From Candidatus Peribacteria bacterium (GTDB lineage Bacteria; Patescibacteriota; Gracilibacteria; Peribacterales; Peribacteraceae): DNA of 64,000 nt. Position 1 is the first letter of the stretch; every line of letters begins with the position of its first letter. The notes under the pieces were generated by a model. It was not told the origin of the DNA. It saw only the letters and a program-made list of their open reading frames with translations, and made no database searches. The stretch is taken from the NCBI GenBank assembly GCA_023245765.1, contig JAHFJP010000004.1, forward strand, positions 375 to 64,374. Reading direction: 5' to 3'. Of the stretch, positions 36,230-47,247 are shown in pieces. Both the position numbers and the translations under genes were made by a program.

Positions 36230-37306
36230 GTGCGGCCAATGAACAATATCGATCCACCCATTGCGAGTACCTTCTTGAGCCTACAACGCGGCGAGGCACC
36301 AGCCGATCTCCAGATGCGTCAGGAAGTGGGATTCGTCATCGAGAAGGATCCCGCTATGGTTGAACTGTGGCGGAGAATCAGGATGCTTCGGAACAGGATG
36401 ATGGACACCTTGGTGTTCGGTGAGACGGGGACAGGGAAGGAGATCCTTCCAATCTTGATCGGAAGATTTCTGGGCAAAGAACCCGTCACAATCAATTGCA
36501 GCACAATCCATGGGGACATGGCAGAATCCGAACTGTTTGGTCATGTGAAGAACGCCTTCACCGGTGCCGCAAAAGAAGACCGTCCGGGACTCTTCGGTGC
36601 AACGAAGGACGGTGGCCTGGCGGTGCTTGACGAGGTCAACCATCTACCCGAGGCGATTGCTCCGAAGTTGCTGCGCGTTTTTGATCCCCGCAAATTCAAG
36701 CCTGTCGGCGCGGACAAGGAGAAGGACTATGGCGGACATGTGATTGCGATGGGCAGTGATCCGCTTCATAAAATGCTTCTGGCCCTCCAAAACCGCATAC
36801 AGGCGTGGGAGCTTGAAGTTCCCGCTGTTCGAGATCGGACGCCCGAACATAAGATAGTCCTGGCGAATTTTCTCGCGGCAAAAAGCGGATTTGCTCTTGC
36901 TGAGAATGCGGTTCAGAGATTGACAGAATTGGAATACCGGAAGGGGAACGTTCGGGAAATGCGCAACCTCGTTAACAGGGCCATCATGTTTACTCTTGAA
37001 CGGGATAACACGCAGACACAGATTGAATTGGACGATATTGAGGAGGCGGGAAAGATTAGCGCCAAGAATGGAGATGAGAATAACGGCATGCTGGAATCAC
37101 CAAACATGGAGAAATTAGTCGCAAACCTCGCTGATCAATTAATCTTAGGGAAAATTGCTCTGGGGGCAGCCAAGAACCTCTTTGCGACGTTCGAGAACAG
37201 CTTGATTCGGGCGGTTTTCGAGAGAAGCGGCAGAAATGTAGCGAAAACAGCCGGACTCCTGGGGCTCGACAGAAAAACCGTGCAGACCCGCTTAGCCGCA
37301 GCATAG
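36230..37306 (+). CDS. sigma-54 interaction domain AAA+ activator (bEBP-like, no N-terminal sensor domain, C-terminal Fis-type HTH)
   Basis: Walker A GETGTGKE, ELFGHVKNAFTGA (a GAFTGA-loop variant), Walker B AVLDEV, NVREMRN, and HTH RNVAKTAGLLGLDRKTVQTRL. Confidence 0.8.
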   Translation: MRPMNNIDPPIASTFLSLQRGEAPADLQMRQEVGFVIEKDPAMVELWRRIRMLRNRMMDTLVFGETGTGKEILPILIGRFLGKEPVTINCSTIHGDMAESELFGHVKNAFTGAAKEDRPGLFGATKDGGLAVLDEVNHLPEAIAPKLLRVFDPRKFKPVGADKEKDYGGHVIAMGSDPLHKMLLALQNRIQAWELEVPAVRDRTPEHKIVLANFLAAKSGFALAENAVQRLTELEYRKGNVREMRNLVNRAIMFTLERDNTQTQIELDDIEEAGKISAKNGDENNGMLESPNMEKLVANLADQLILGKIALGAAKNLFATFENSLIRAVFERSGRNVAKTAGLLGLDRKTVQTRLAAA

Positions 37307-37338
37307 GTCCCGTCGATTTCATAAACCAGAAAGGCATG

Positions 37339-37354
37339 GGGACCCTTGTTTGCC
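37339..37354 (+). promoter_or_regulatory. sigma-54-type -24/-12 promoter candidate (GG-N10-GC with TTGC)
   Basis: gGGACCCTTGTTTGCc has GG at 37340-37341 and GC at 37352-37353. It lies about 43 nt upstream of the atpD ATG and just downstream of the bEBP-like gene. Confidence 0.25.
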
Positions 37355-37371
37355 ATTGTCTCTTCTAGTAG

Positions 37372-38766
<1,395 letters not shown>

Positions 38767-38768
38767 CT

Positions 38769-39191
38769 ATGATCCACGCAAGCATCATCACACCGGACGG
38801 TTCCATCTTCGATGGCGATGTCGATGCCATCTCGCTGCCCACGCCCGATGGCGAAATCACCGTGCTCCCACATCACATCCCGCTCATCAGCATCGTGAAC
38901 GCCGGAACGATCATGGTCCGTCAGGGCAAAGAGGAAACGCTCTTCGCCTGCTCGAGTGGCGTTATCGAAGTCGACGGGAAGTCCATCCGCGTCCTCACCG
39001 ATACTGCTGATCGCGCCGAGAAACTTGAAGAAGCGGCGGTCGAGGCGGCGAAGGCGCGCGCCGAAAAACTGCGCAGCGAAAAGCGTCACGACGAAGAAGG
39101 CTTCGCTGAAGCGACAGCGCTCATGGAACGCGAATTGGCCCGCCTTTCGACGATTCGACGTCAGAAAGCGCGGGGGCATCATGCGAAATAA
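38769..39191 (+). CDS. atpC: F-type ATP synthase subunit epsilon
   Basis: Directly follows atpD. IITPDGSIFDGDVDAISLPTPDGEITVLPHHIPLIS is the typical epsilon N-terminal barrel. Confidence 0.9.
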   Translation: MIHASIITPDGSIFDGDVDAISLPTPDGEITVLPHHIPLISIVNAGTIMVRQGKEETLFACSSGVIEVDGKSIRVLTDTADRAEKLEEAAVEAAKARAEKLRSEKRHDEEGFAEATALMERELARLSTIRRQKARGHHAK

Positions 39192-39226
39192 TCCTTGCCA
39201 GGTCAGTGCCGTGCCGCCGCGGGATG

Positions 39227-40840
39227 TTACGCTACCAATCCTTTTTCTTTGAGGATGTGATCCACGTCGGACGGTTGCTTGGGTCGCACCCTCACGACAG
39301 TAATTTTCCCGTGCTGCAGAAGCATCGCATCCCGTAATCGATCAAGGTGAGGATGTCGGTCATGACCAGCGCTGTCGATTTCGAGGTTGATACCCGCATG
39401 CGGAAAAAAAATATCCAGTTGATATCCGTGTTTCTGGACGTCTGTCTCGAAGCAGGTGATGTCCGGAATTTTCCTCATATAGTTAATCACATCCCGTTCA
39501 TTCTTTCCGATGAGAGATGAGTTGTTCCACGTTTGCAGAGCACTCGTAATCTGCGGCGGCACAGGCACTCCAGCATAGAGACACGCATGGTACATCTGGC
39601 ACGTGTGTGTATAGCCTTCGGAATCTTTCTTTGTGGCGTCGAGAATGAATTCTCGGATCACTTCCCACTCCTGATTCCCGGATAGACGTGTCAGCACCGC
39701 TGCTGACCACGCAATGTTGATTGATCCTTGTGTATCGAACTGCACGGTTTTCATAAGACTCTCCCTGCAAACCTTTACGATGAACTTCATCACGTCCGGA
39801 TGCGTGATTCCCAGCCATGCTGCTGCCGTACAGATGGTCGAGATCGCCTGCGGGTCGAAAAAATCCGGTTGCTTGCCGCGTTCACAGGCGAACAACAGTA
39901 ATTTTTCCACCGCGGGATCACGGATCGGCATGGATGCGGCAGTATGGAGAATCTTGCAGATATCCAGACCGCTGAACTTGCTCTGTTGACTCGTTACTTT
40001 GGTGCACGCATTGGCCACGAATGCCTCGGTCACCGGGGCAATTTTTTGGCAGTGGAATGTGGCGCTCGCACCGCACATGTCTGCCGTTTGTCGCGCATTA
40101 TAGAAATCAGCGTTTTGTGAGATTTTGTCATAGGCTCTGCAAAGCAAAAAAATCATGTCGTCGTCAAATTTTTCCTCTCCTTTGCTGTTTCGTGCCAACG
40201 CATTCACCATCGTCGTGATGAGAACCGGGTGCCCTGTCAGTATTGCGATGTCCTGATGTTTCGCGAAATCCAATAATACTGAAAAATCATTTTGCTTTCT
40301 CAGTCTCAGGATATCAAAGAACATCTTTTGTTGAACGTCAGTCATTCCACTGATGTCGGGTCCTTGTTCACCAACATCTTCGAAGCGTTCTCTGTACCCG
40401 TCCAGAATGGATCCAATTTTTCGCGCCTTCCTTTGCAGCATATCGTCACCCTGCAGATTGCAATCATCCACATAGTCGAGCAGCCGGTAGATTTCCTTCG
40501 TTCCCTCGGGTGGCGGATTGTCATCATCATTGTCAAATCGACTGAGCCACGCGGCAAAGCTCCCCGGCGGCTTTTCGCTCAGCGCAGACGCATCCATACG
40601 GTAGACATTCCAGATAGCCTCCTTCCATCGTTGCAGCAAACATGCCTGCAACATGCTTCGGATCTTTGGAATGGACCACCCGCGGTTCGCATTCGTATGC
40701 CTGCCCGATAGAGCATCGACCTGCTGACTGCATATCTGCAGTACCCGGACATCGGAACTCTTTGCCAAGACATGTATTTCCTCATGCGGAAGTGGCATCG
40801 ATCTCGGTTTCATAATCAACAATATGAACTTAAATTGCAT
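39227..40840 (-). CDS. helical-repeat protein with C-terminal DUF559/RAP-type (Vsr-like PD-(D/E)XK fold) domain
   Basis: C-terminus GYQLDIFFPHAGINLEIDSAGHDRHPHLDRLRDAMLLQHGKITVVRV fits the DUF559/RAP pattern. It is preceded by at least 4 repeats of ~38-40 aa (F-x-pQ-x-IS-x-I-x-x-A-A-x-LGI...) reminiscent of FASTK/OPR repeats. GC is lower than in the flanking genes. Start is ATG 40840 or 40813, because the longer computed ORF would overlap atpZ. Confidence 0.7.
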   Translation of the reverse strand: MQFKFILLIMKPRSMPLPHEEIHVLAKSSDVRVLQICSQQVDALSGRHTNANRGWSIPKIRSMLQACLLQRWKEAIWNVYRMDASALSEKPPGSFAAWLSRFDNDDDNPPPEGTKEIYRLLDYVDDCNLQGDDMLQRKARKIGSILDGYRERFEDVGEQGPDISGMTDVQQKMFFDILRLRKQNDFSVLLDFAKHQDIAILTGHPVLITTMVNALARNSKGEEKFDDDMIFLLCRAYDKISQNADFYNARQTADMCGASATFHCQKIAPVTEAFVANACTKVTSQQSKFSGLDICKILHTAASMPIRDPAVEKLLLFACERGKQPDFFDPQAISTICTAAAWLGITHPDVMKFIVKVCRESLMKTVQFDTQGSINIAWSAAVLTRLSGNQEWEVIREFILDATKKDSEGYTHTCQMYHACLYAGVPVPPQITSALQTWNNSSLIGKNERDVINYMRKIPDITCFETDVQKHGYQLDIFFPHAGINLEIDSAGHDRHPHLDRLRDAMLLQHGKITVVRVRPKQPSDVDHILKEKGLVA

Positions 40841-40870
40841 GTAGTCAAACTCAGGATTATTATCTGTTTG

Positions 40871-41110
40871 ATGAGATCTTCTCAGCGTTCCATTGGAGCC
40901 GACCTTCTCCTCGCGGTCCGCCTGGCCTGGAATTTCGGCTACATCATCGCGATCCCGGCAGTCGCGTTCGGCTTTGGTGGGGCGTCCCTCGATAAGCACT
41001 ACGGAACCTCTCCCACGTTTATCCTGATCGGCTTCGCGCTGGCCCTCGCGCTCTCGGGATTGGGGATTTGGCGGGCGGTGAAGGAGATTGTGCGGGAGCA
41101 GGGGAGGTGA
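40871..41110 (+). CDS. atpZ: AtpZ/AtpI-like small membrane protein of the ATP synthase operon
   Basis: 79 aa with two TM helices (LAWNFGYIIAIPAVAFGFGG...TFILIGFALALALSGLGIW), immediately upstream of atpB. Confidence 0.55.
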   Translation: MRSSQRSIGADLLLAVRLAWNFGYIIAIPAVAFGFGGASLDKHYGTSPTFILIGFALALALSGLGIWRAVKEIVREQGR

Positions 41111-41188
41111 GGGAACCGAGGCAACCGACGGAACCGAAGAAACCGAGGATCGTCGGTTACTTTGGTTGCTTCGGTTTCCTCGGTTGCT
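41111..41188. repeat. Family-A 9-mer palindrome, copy A4
   Basis: Begins at the nucleotide after the atpZ TGA. Centre GATC at 41148-41151. Lies inside the atp operon, between atpZ and atpB. Confidence 0.85.
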
Positions 41189-41240
41189 TTAGCGCGTCCC
41201 TTGAACCTCTCCCTCCCCCCTGCTAGGTTTCCTCCACTCC

Positions 41241-42008
41241 ATGGCCGCAATTGAAGCCCCATCACTGGCCTCCGAAGCTGTCGGACATCTCGGATTCTTC
41301 GAGATTCGCAATACCATGCTGATGGCATGGCTCGCGATGGCCGTGTTCATTGTTCTTGGATTGCTCCTCCGGCGCACGAAGTACAAAGAAGTTCCTGGGC
41401 GCTTCCAGGCGTTCATGGAGCTGATCGTCGAGGGCCTCTTCGACTTCTTCGATTCGATCGTCGGTGACCGTGCGCGGACTAGGAAATTCTTCCCGCTGGT
41501 CGCAACGATCTTCCTCTTCTTGGTTCTCGCCAACTGGATGGGCATCCTCCCGGGTGTGGGAAGCATCACAATCCAGGGCATGCATGAAGGGCATATGACG
41601 GCTATCCCCCTGTTCCGTTCGATGAATGCCGACGTGAACATGACCCTCGCGATCGCGATTGTCTCCGTGGTCATGACCCAAGTCTTCGGCATCGCCGCGC
41701 TCGGCATCCTGCCGTATGCCGGCAAGTACTTCGTGGCACCGTGGAAGGATCCCATCATGAGCTTCGTCGGCATCCTTGAGCTCATTGCGGAATTCGCCAA
41801 GGTCATCTCGTTCACCTTCCGTCTCTTCGGCAATATCTTCGCGGGCGAAGTCCTCCTCGTTGTCATCTCCTTCCTGCTGCCGTACTTCGGTCCGCTCCCG
41901 TTTCTCGGGCTCGAGCTCTTCGTCGGATTCATTCAGGGGCTCGTGTTCGCGCTGCTGACGATTGTCTTCCTGGCGATGGCGACGGTGAGTCACGGAGAGC
42001 ATGCCTAG
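41241..42008 (+). CDS. atpB: F-type ATP synthase subunit a
   Basis: Multi-pass membrane protein with SFTFRLFGNIFAGEVLL (essential Arg motif). Confidence 0.93.
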   Translation: MAAIEAPSLASEAVGHLGFFEIRNTMLMAWLAMAVFIVLGLLLRRTKYKEVPGRFQAFMELIVEGLFDFFDSIVGDRARTRKFFPLVATIFLFLVLANWMGILPGVGSITIQGMHEGHMTAIPLFRSMNADVNMTLAIAIVSVVMTQVFGIAALGILPYAGKYFVAPWKDPIMSFVGILELIAEFAKVISFTFRLFGNIFAGEVLLVVISFLLPYFGPLPFLGLELFVGFIQGLVFALLTIVFLAMATVSHGEHA

Positions 42009-42107
42009 ACGCGGGTCTTCGACCCGCGTACGCACGCCGAAGGCGTGCGCTGGTTCATCATAGATTGGGCTTCTACTCCGGTCTTGAACAATCTCTTAGA
42101 CCCTTGA

Positions 42108-42437
<330 letters not shown>

Positions 42438-42489
42438 TCGTTATTCAGGAAAGGGCGTGCCATCGGCGCGCCCCTACGTCCAACCAATT

Positions 42490-42996
42490 ATGGAACTTCT
42501 CTTGAAGCTCGGCGTTGACTGGAAGCTGTTGATCGCGCAGATCGTGAACTTCACGATTCTGGTCTCGGTCCTGACGTACTTTGTCTACCGGCCGCTGCTC
42601 AATCTGCTCGATGCCCGCCGCGCGAGGATCGCCAAAGCGATGGAGGATGCCGCACGCATCGAGGAGCAGAACCGGGAACTTGAACAATTCCGCACCGAGC
42701 AACTCAAGAAGATCGACCAGGAAGTCGGCGCGTTACTCGAGCGCGGCAAGCGGCAGGGCGAGACGATGCGCGACGAGATTTTGGCTTCCGCAAAGCGCGA
42801 AGCCGATGCCATCCTCGCGAAGGGGGAACGGCAGCTGGAGGAGGAGCGCACCCGGGTCTTCCAGGAGATTCAGGCGTCACTCGCATCCATGATCGTCCGC
42901 ATGACCGAGAAGATCCTCACGCGCGAGTTCTCCGCTGCCGATCAGCAGCGCATTCTCTCCGATCTCGAAAAGAACATCCCCTCGCTCCTCCGATGA
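42490..42996 (+). CDS. atpF: F-type ATP synthase subunit b
   Basis: N-terminal TM helix then a long charged helix (FVYRPLLNLLDARRARI...). ATG 42490 or GTG 42457. Confidence 0.85.
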   Translation: MELLLKLGVDWKLLIAQIVNFTILVSVLTYFVYRPLLNLLDARRARIAKAMEDAARIEEQNRELEQFRTEQLKKIDQEVGALLERGKRQGETMRDEILASAKREADAILAKGERQLEEERTRVFQEIQASLASMIVRMTEKILTREFSAADQQRILSDLEKNIPSLLR

Positions 42997-43394
42997 ACGC
43001 CGCCCTCACCCTCGCCGCACGGACTCTCGTGGAGCATCTGCGTTCCGGCATGTCCCGGGAAGAGATGGCAGCTGCCTGTGATGCGGTTCTCCATTCGCTG
43101 CATAGTAGCGGTCTTTCCGGCAGTCAGATCGCGCAGTTTCCCAAGGTCGTCGCCCAGGAACTGCGCAGGCACGGACCCGTTGGTGCTGTTCTCTCCACGT
43201 CGTCGGGGACCACCGGCGCGTCGGCTCCTGCCATCGGTACAGCTCTCGAACAGTCGCTCGGGCGTTCCATCGATCTGGAAGAGTCCGCTGAGCCGTCTCT
43301 CATCGGTGGCGTTCTTCTCACTGTGGGCGATGAACGTGTTGATTTCACTCTGCGCGGGGCGCTCAACCAATTGAATGCTCATCTTACTTCGTAA
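42993..43394 (+). CDS. atpH: F-type ATP synthase subunit delta (short, 133 aa)
   Basis: Position between atpF and atpA, with ATGA overlap with atpF. C-terminal [25 protein letters not shown] is OSCP-like. Shorter than typical delta subunits. Confidence 0.75.
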   Translation: MNAALTLAARTLVEHLRSGMSREEMAAACDAVLHSLHSSGLSGSQIAQFPKVVAQELRRHGPVGAVLSTSSGTTGASAPAIGTALEQSLGRSIDLEESAEPSLIGGVLLTVGDERVDFTLRGALNQLNAHLTS

Positions 43395-43435
43395 TGTACA
43401 GACGCCCCGTCGGGGCGTCTCTACCACCCCATCAC

Positions 43436-44962
43436 ATGACTCTCTCTCAAACTCTCCTCAAGACGCTCAACGAACGCATGGCGTCGTACAGCAAACAGGC
43501 GGGCCACGAACACGTCGGCACCGTTCTCTCCGTCGGTGACGGCATTGCGAGCATCGACGGGCTCTCGAAGATTGGTGCGATGGAAATGATCGACTTCGGC
43601 AACGGCGTGCTCGGGAGTGCACTCAACCTGGGTCAGGATACGATTGGTTCCATCATCTTCGGCGATTACGGAAAGGTGAAGGAGGGTGACACGGTCAAAT
43701 CGCTCGGCAAAGTGCTTTCAGTTCCTGTTGGCGAAGAGCTGATCGGGCGCGTCGTCTCGCCGCTTGGTGTTCCCAAAGACGGCGGAGCGCCGATCGCGAG
43801 TAAAAAGTTCTACCCCGTCGAGAAAATCGCACCGCGCGTCATCGAGCGCAAATCGGTGACCACTCCGCTCCAGACCGGCATCACCGCCATCGACGCAATG
43901 ATCCCGATCGGGCGCGGCCAGCGCGAACTGATCATCGGTGACCGTCAAACAGGCAAGACTGCGGTTGTCATCGATACGATCATTAACCAGAAGCACACGC
44001 AGGGCACCGACCGGCCCGTCATCTGCATCTACGTCGCGATCGGCCAGAAGGAATCGAAAGTCGCGAAAATCGTCACCGAGCTCCAGAAGCACGGTGCCAT
44101 GGACTACACGATCGTCGTCTCCGCCGGCGCCTCCGAGCCCGCGGCGCTTGCGTACATCGCCCCGTTCGCAGGATGCGCGATGGGCGAGTACTTCGTCGAC
44201 CAGGGCAAAGATGTGCTCTGCATCTACGATGATCTTTCCAAACACGCGTGGGCCTACCGCCAGATCTCCCTCCTTCTGAGGAGACCTCCTGGTCGCGAAG
44301 CCTATCCCGGCGACGTCTTCTATCTCCATTCGCGACTCCTCGAGCGCGCGGTCTGCATGGCCGATGCCAACGGCGGCGGCACCCTCACGGCTCTGCCGAT
44401 CATTGAAACACAGGAAGGCAACGTCTCGGCCTACATTCCGACGAACGTTATTTCTATTACAGACGGCCAAATCTTCCTCGTCGGCGATCTCTTCTACAAA
44501 GGCATCCGGCCCGCGGTCGACGTCGGTATCTCCGTCTCGCGCGTCGGCTCCGCCGCGCAAGTGAAGGCGATGAAGAAGGTCGCGGGGAAACTGCGTCTCG
44601 ACATGGCCCAGTATCGCGAGCTCGCCGTGTTCGCACAGTTCGGGTCCGATCTGGATGCCGCGACGCGCAAGCAGCTCGACCGCGGTGCGCGATTGACCGA
44701 GATCCTCAAGCAGGGCCAATACGAGCCGCTGCCGGTCGGTGAGCAAGTCGCGATGCTCTACGCCGGCGTCAATGGACTCCTCGACGAGATCCCCGCTGAG
44801 TCGGTGAAGAAATTCCAGGAGGACTTTCTCGGGCTCCTCCGGAGCAAGCACCCCGATGTTCTCCAGACGCTTGGGAAGGAAATCACGCCGGAGGTGGAGG
44901 AGAAGCTGAAGCGGCTCGTTTCGACGCTGAAAGAACAGAAGCGATATTCTTCAGCTGCTTAG
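43436..44962 (+). CDS. atpA: F-type ATP synthase subunit alpha
   Basis: [21 protein letters not shown], and full-length similarity to the family. ATG 43436 follows the inter-cistronic hairpin. Confidence 0.97.
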   Translation: MTLSQTLLKTLNERMASYSKQAGHEHVGTVLSVGDGIASIDGLSKIGAMEMIDFGNGVLGSALNLGQDTIGSIIFGDYGKVKEGDTVKSLGKVLSVPVGEELIGRVVSPLGVPKDGGAPIASKKFYPVEKIAPRVIERKSVTTPLQTGITAIDAMIPIGRGQRELIIGDRQTGKTAVVIDTIINQKHTQGTDRPVICIYVAIGQKESKVAKIVTELQKHGAMDYTIVVSAGASEPAALAYIAPFAGCAMGEYFVDQGKDVLCIYDDLSKHAWAYRQISLLLRRPPGREAYPGDVFYLHSRLLERAVCMADANGGGTLTALPIIETQEGNVSAYIPTNVISITDGQIFLVGDLFYKGIRPAVDVGISVSRVGSAAQVKAMKKVAGKLRLDMAQYRELAVFAQFGSDLDAATRKQLDRGARLTEILKQGQYEPLPVGEQVAMLYAGVNGLLDEIPAESVKKFQEDFLGLLRSKHPDVLQTLGKEITPEVEEKLKRLVSTLKEQKRYSSAA

Positions 44963-45068
44963 CTGTTTAGCTTTTTAGCTTCTTCGCTTTTCCGAAGTCA
45001 TGCATTTCCAGACGAAAGCTAACAAGCTAAACAGCTAACAAGCTAAACAGCTAACAAGCTAAACAGCT
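44953..45068. repeat. Long imperfect hairpin built of tandem 8-mers (AGCTGTTT / AGCTAAAC type) between atpA and atpG
   Basis: The left arm of 4 units overlaps the atpA stop (44960-44962). The right arm has about 6.5 complementary units and ends 8 nt before the atpG ATG. Confidence 0.85.
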
Positions 45069-45076
45069 CCGTCACT

Positions 45077-46012
45077 ATGGCCAGCTCCCTCCGCGATCTC
45101 CGGCGCAAAATGAAGGCGATCAAGTCGACCAAGCAAGTCACGAAGGCGATGGAACTGGTCGCGGCATCCAAGATGCGCCGGGCCGTGCAAAATGCGGTGC
45201 TACTGCGCAAATACGCACTCACCGCGTGGGCGATCCTCCAGAAGATCGCGCTCAGCCACCGGGGCAGGCATCTGTGGCTCACGGAGCGGCCGGTGAAGCG
45301 CATTCTCGCGATCCTCATCACCAGTGACCGTGGTCTCTGCGGTAGCCTCAATACGCAGCTCTTCCGTTCGGTGGGGCACTACGTGGCGGCATGCAAAGAT
45401 ATGCAGGGATTCGAAACCATCGATTTCATCGCCGTGGGGAGGAAAGGCCAGCAATACCTCCAGCGATCCGGGCAAACCGTGACGGGCGCTTTTCCCGCAC
45501 TCAGCAATCATCCGTCGTTCCGCGATGTGCTGCCCATCGCCCGCATGGCGATCGATGCGTTTAAAGAGGGGACCTACGATCACGTGGTCCTGCTCTCCAC
45601 CGATTTCCTCTCCGCGCTCGTCCAGGAACCGGCCACCAAACTCCTGCTGCCGTTTTCGGAAACGGCGTTCCAGGAGATGATCCGCGAACTGCTCCCCCGC
45701 AAGCGCATCTCCAAAGAGGAAGAAGAGGCGATCAAATCCGTGACCCGTCTTTCATCCGATTACCTCTTCGAACCGACCGAACCCGAAGTCCTCAACCGCA
45801 TTTTGCCGCAGCTGACCGAAATGCAGATCTATCAGGCGGTGCTGGAGTCGGCCGCCTCCGAACACTCCGCCCGGATGGTCGCGATGCGCAACGCCACCGA
45901 TAACGCGTCCGATATCCTCTCCGACCTCAATCTGACCTACAACCAGACGCGCCAGGCCAATATCACGGCGGAATTGGCGGAACTCTCGGGCGCTGCGGCG
46001 GCGCTCAATTGA
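45077..46012 (+). CDS. atpG: F-type ATP synthase subunit gamma
   Basis: LRDLRRKMKAIKSTKQVTKAMELVAASKMRRA N-terminus and C-terminal YNQTRQANITAELAE. Confidence 0.93.
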   Translation: MASSLRDLRRKMKAIKSTKQVTKAMELVAASKMRRAVQNAVLLRKYALTAWAILQKIALSHRGRHLWLTERPVKRILAILITSDRGLCGSLNTQLFRSVGHYVAACKDMQGFETIDFIAVGRKGQQYLQRSGQTVTGAFPALSNHPSFRDVLPIARMAIDAFKEGTYDHVVLLSTDFLSALVQEPATKLLLPFSETAFQEMIRELLPRKRISKEEEEAIKSVTRLSSDYLFEPTEPEVLNRILPQLTEMQIYQAVLESAASEHSARMVAMRNATDNASDILSDLNLTYNQTRQANITAELAELSGAAAALN

Positions 46013-46146
46013 GAAATCCCCGGATATTTCGGTAAGAGTTGGGAATTTGGCATGTCTGCGTGAGTGAGAGGAATGTGCAGTGGACTTTCCGTTTGGCAGT
46101 CCCTACGATGTACCCCTTTCTGTCGACTTTCTTCCCCCTTCCGTTT

Positions 46147-46821
46147 ATGCGTTTCTTCACTCAATTGTCCGCAGCAGCGCTCGCGGTTGCCCTGAGCTGC
46201 CCCGTCGCGCTTGCCAAAATTTACCCCGACGATTTCATGATTCCCGCCCGGCAGCCGGTTCAGGCAGCACCGACGCCTGCACCGACGCCGAAAAATGCCA
46301 ATGCCTCCGGTGATTCATTCTTCTTTGCATCGGAGATTCCCGACGGCAAACTCACCCGCGCGGAGTTCGCTGATGCAATCGGTACGCGTCTGTACGATGC
46401 CGATGCGCATGACAACTGCTTCGGCGATCTGATCCTCTCCGAGGCGATCGATTACTCGCTCCTCTACAACGACGTTTCCCTCGATGCCCCATACGCATCA
46501 TCGGTGTGCGTCGATATGCGAAACGGCATTGCGCAGGGGTTTAACGACTACACCTTCCGTCCGAACCAGCAGATTAAGGTCTCGGAGGCGGCGGGAATGT
46601 TGGGCGATATCGGCGGATTGCCTCTCCGCGATTCCAACCACGTCACCGCAGGCGAGCCATGGTACCAGCGGTATATGGATGCGATCCGTTCGGTCGATCG
46701 TGAGTTCACCATGCGCGCTGACGACATCCTGACGGGCAAAGAGCTCAAGCACACGCTCTGCGTTCTCAAGCGGTACACGCCGGCCCTCGATCCGCTGGAT
46801 GAATTTGGTGGGGGATGCTAA
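46147..46821 (+). CDS. secreted protein with SLH-like domain
   Basis: Signal peptide MRFFTQLSAAALAVALSCPVALA. GFNDYTFRPNQQIKVSEAAGML is SLH-like. The ORF opens at TTG 46039. Confidence 0.6.
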   Translation: MRFFTQLSAAALAVALSCPVALAKIYPDDFMIPARQPVQAAPTPAPTPKNANASGDSFFFASEIPDGKLTRAEFADAIGTRLYDADAHDNCFGDLILSEAIDYSLLYNDVSLDAPYASSVCVDMRNGIAQGFNDYTFRPNQQIKVSEAAGMLGDIGGLPLRDSNHVTAGEPWYQRYMDAIRSVDREFTMRADDILTGKELKHTLCVLKRYTPALDPLDEFGGGC

Positions 46822-46890
46822 TCAGAAAAGCATTTACACCGGGACTGACGAATCGAAAGATTCCTCAGCCCCGGTTTTTGTTGGTACGCT

Positions 46891-47247
46891 ATGTTCATGA
46901 GACCTCTTCGCCCAACGCAGAAAATCCTTCTGTCCTGTGTGGCACTGGCGATTCTCGTGACGCTCGTCGTCATGTTCTGGCAACAGACGGAGCTCCTCGC
47001 GGGCATTCTTCTCATGCTTTCGTTTCTTGTCCTGCTGCTCTCGCACGATCGCAGGCGCGACGCCGTGCCGTTTGTTATCGGGGCTGTTCTCGGTCCCGCA
47101 ATGGAGGCTGTGGTGATCCGGAGCGGCGCATGGCAGTACACCAGCCCGACCGCGCTCGGCATACCGCTCTGGCTCCCGTTTCTGTGGGGACTCACCGCAA
47201 TGTTCATCATGAAAATCAGCAGATGGTACGCAGCATGGACCGCCTGA
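46891..47247 (+). CDS. small membrane protein (118 aa, about 4 TM)
   Basis: Hydrophobic ORF. Its 3' end overlaps the convergent P-type ATPase gene by 32 nt. No family recognised. Confidence 0.5.
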   Translation: MFMRPLRPTQKILLSCVALAILVTLVVMFWQQTELLAGILLMLSFLVLLLSHDRRRDAVPFVIGAVLGPAMEAVVIRSGAWQYTSPTALGIPLWLPFLWGLTAMFIMKISRWYAAWTA

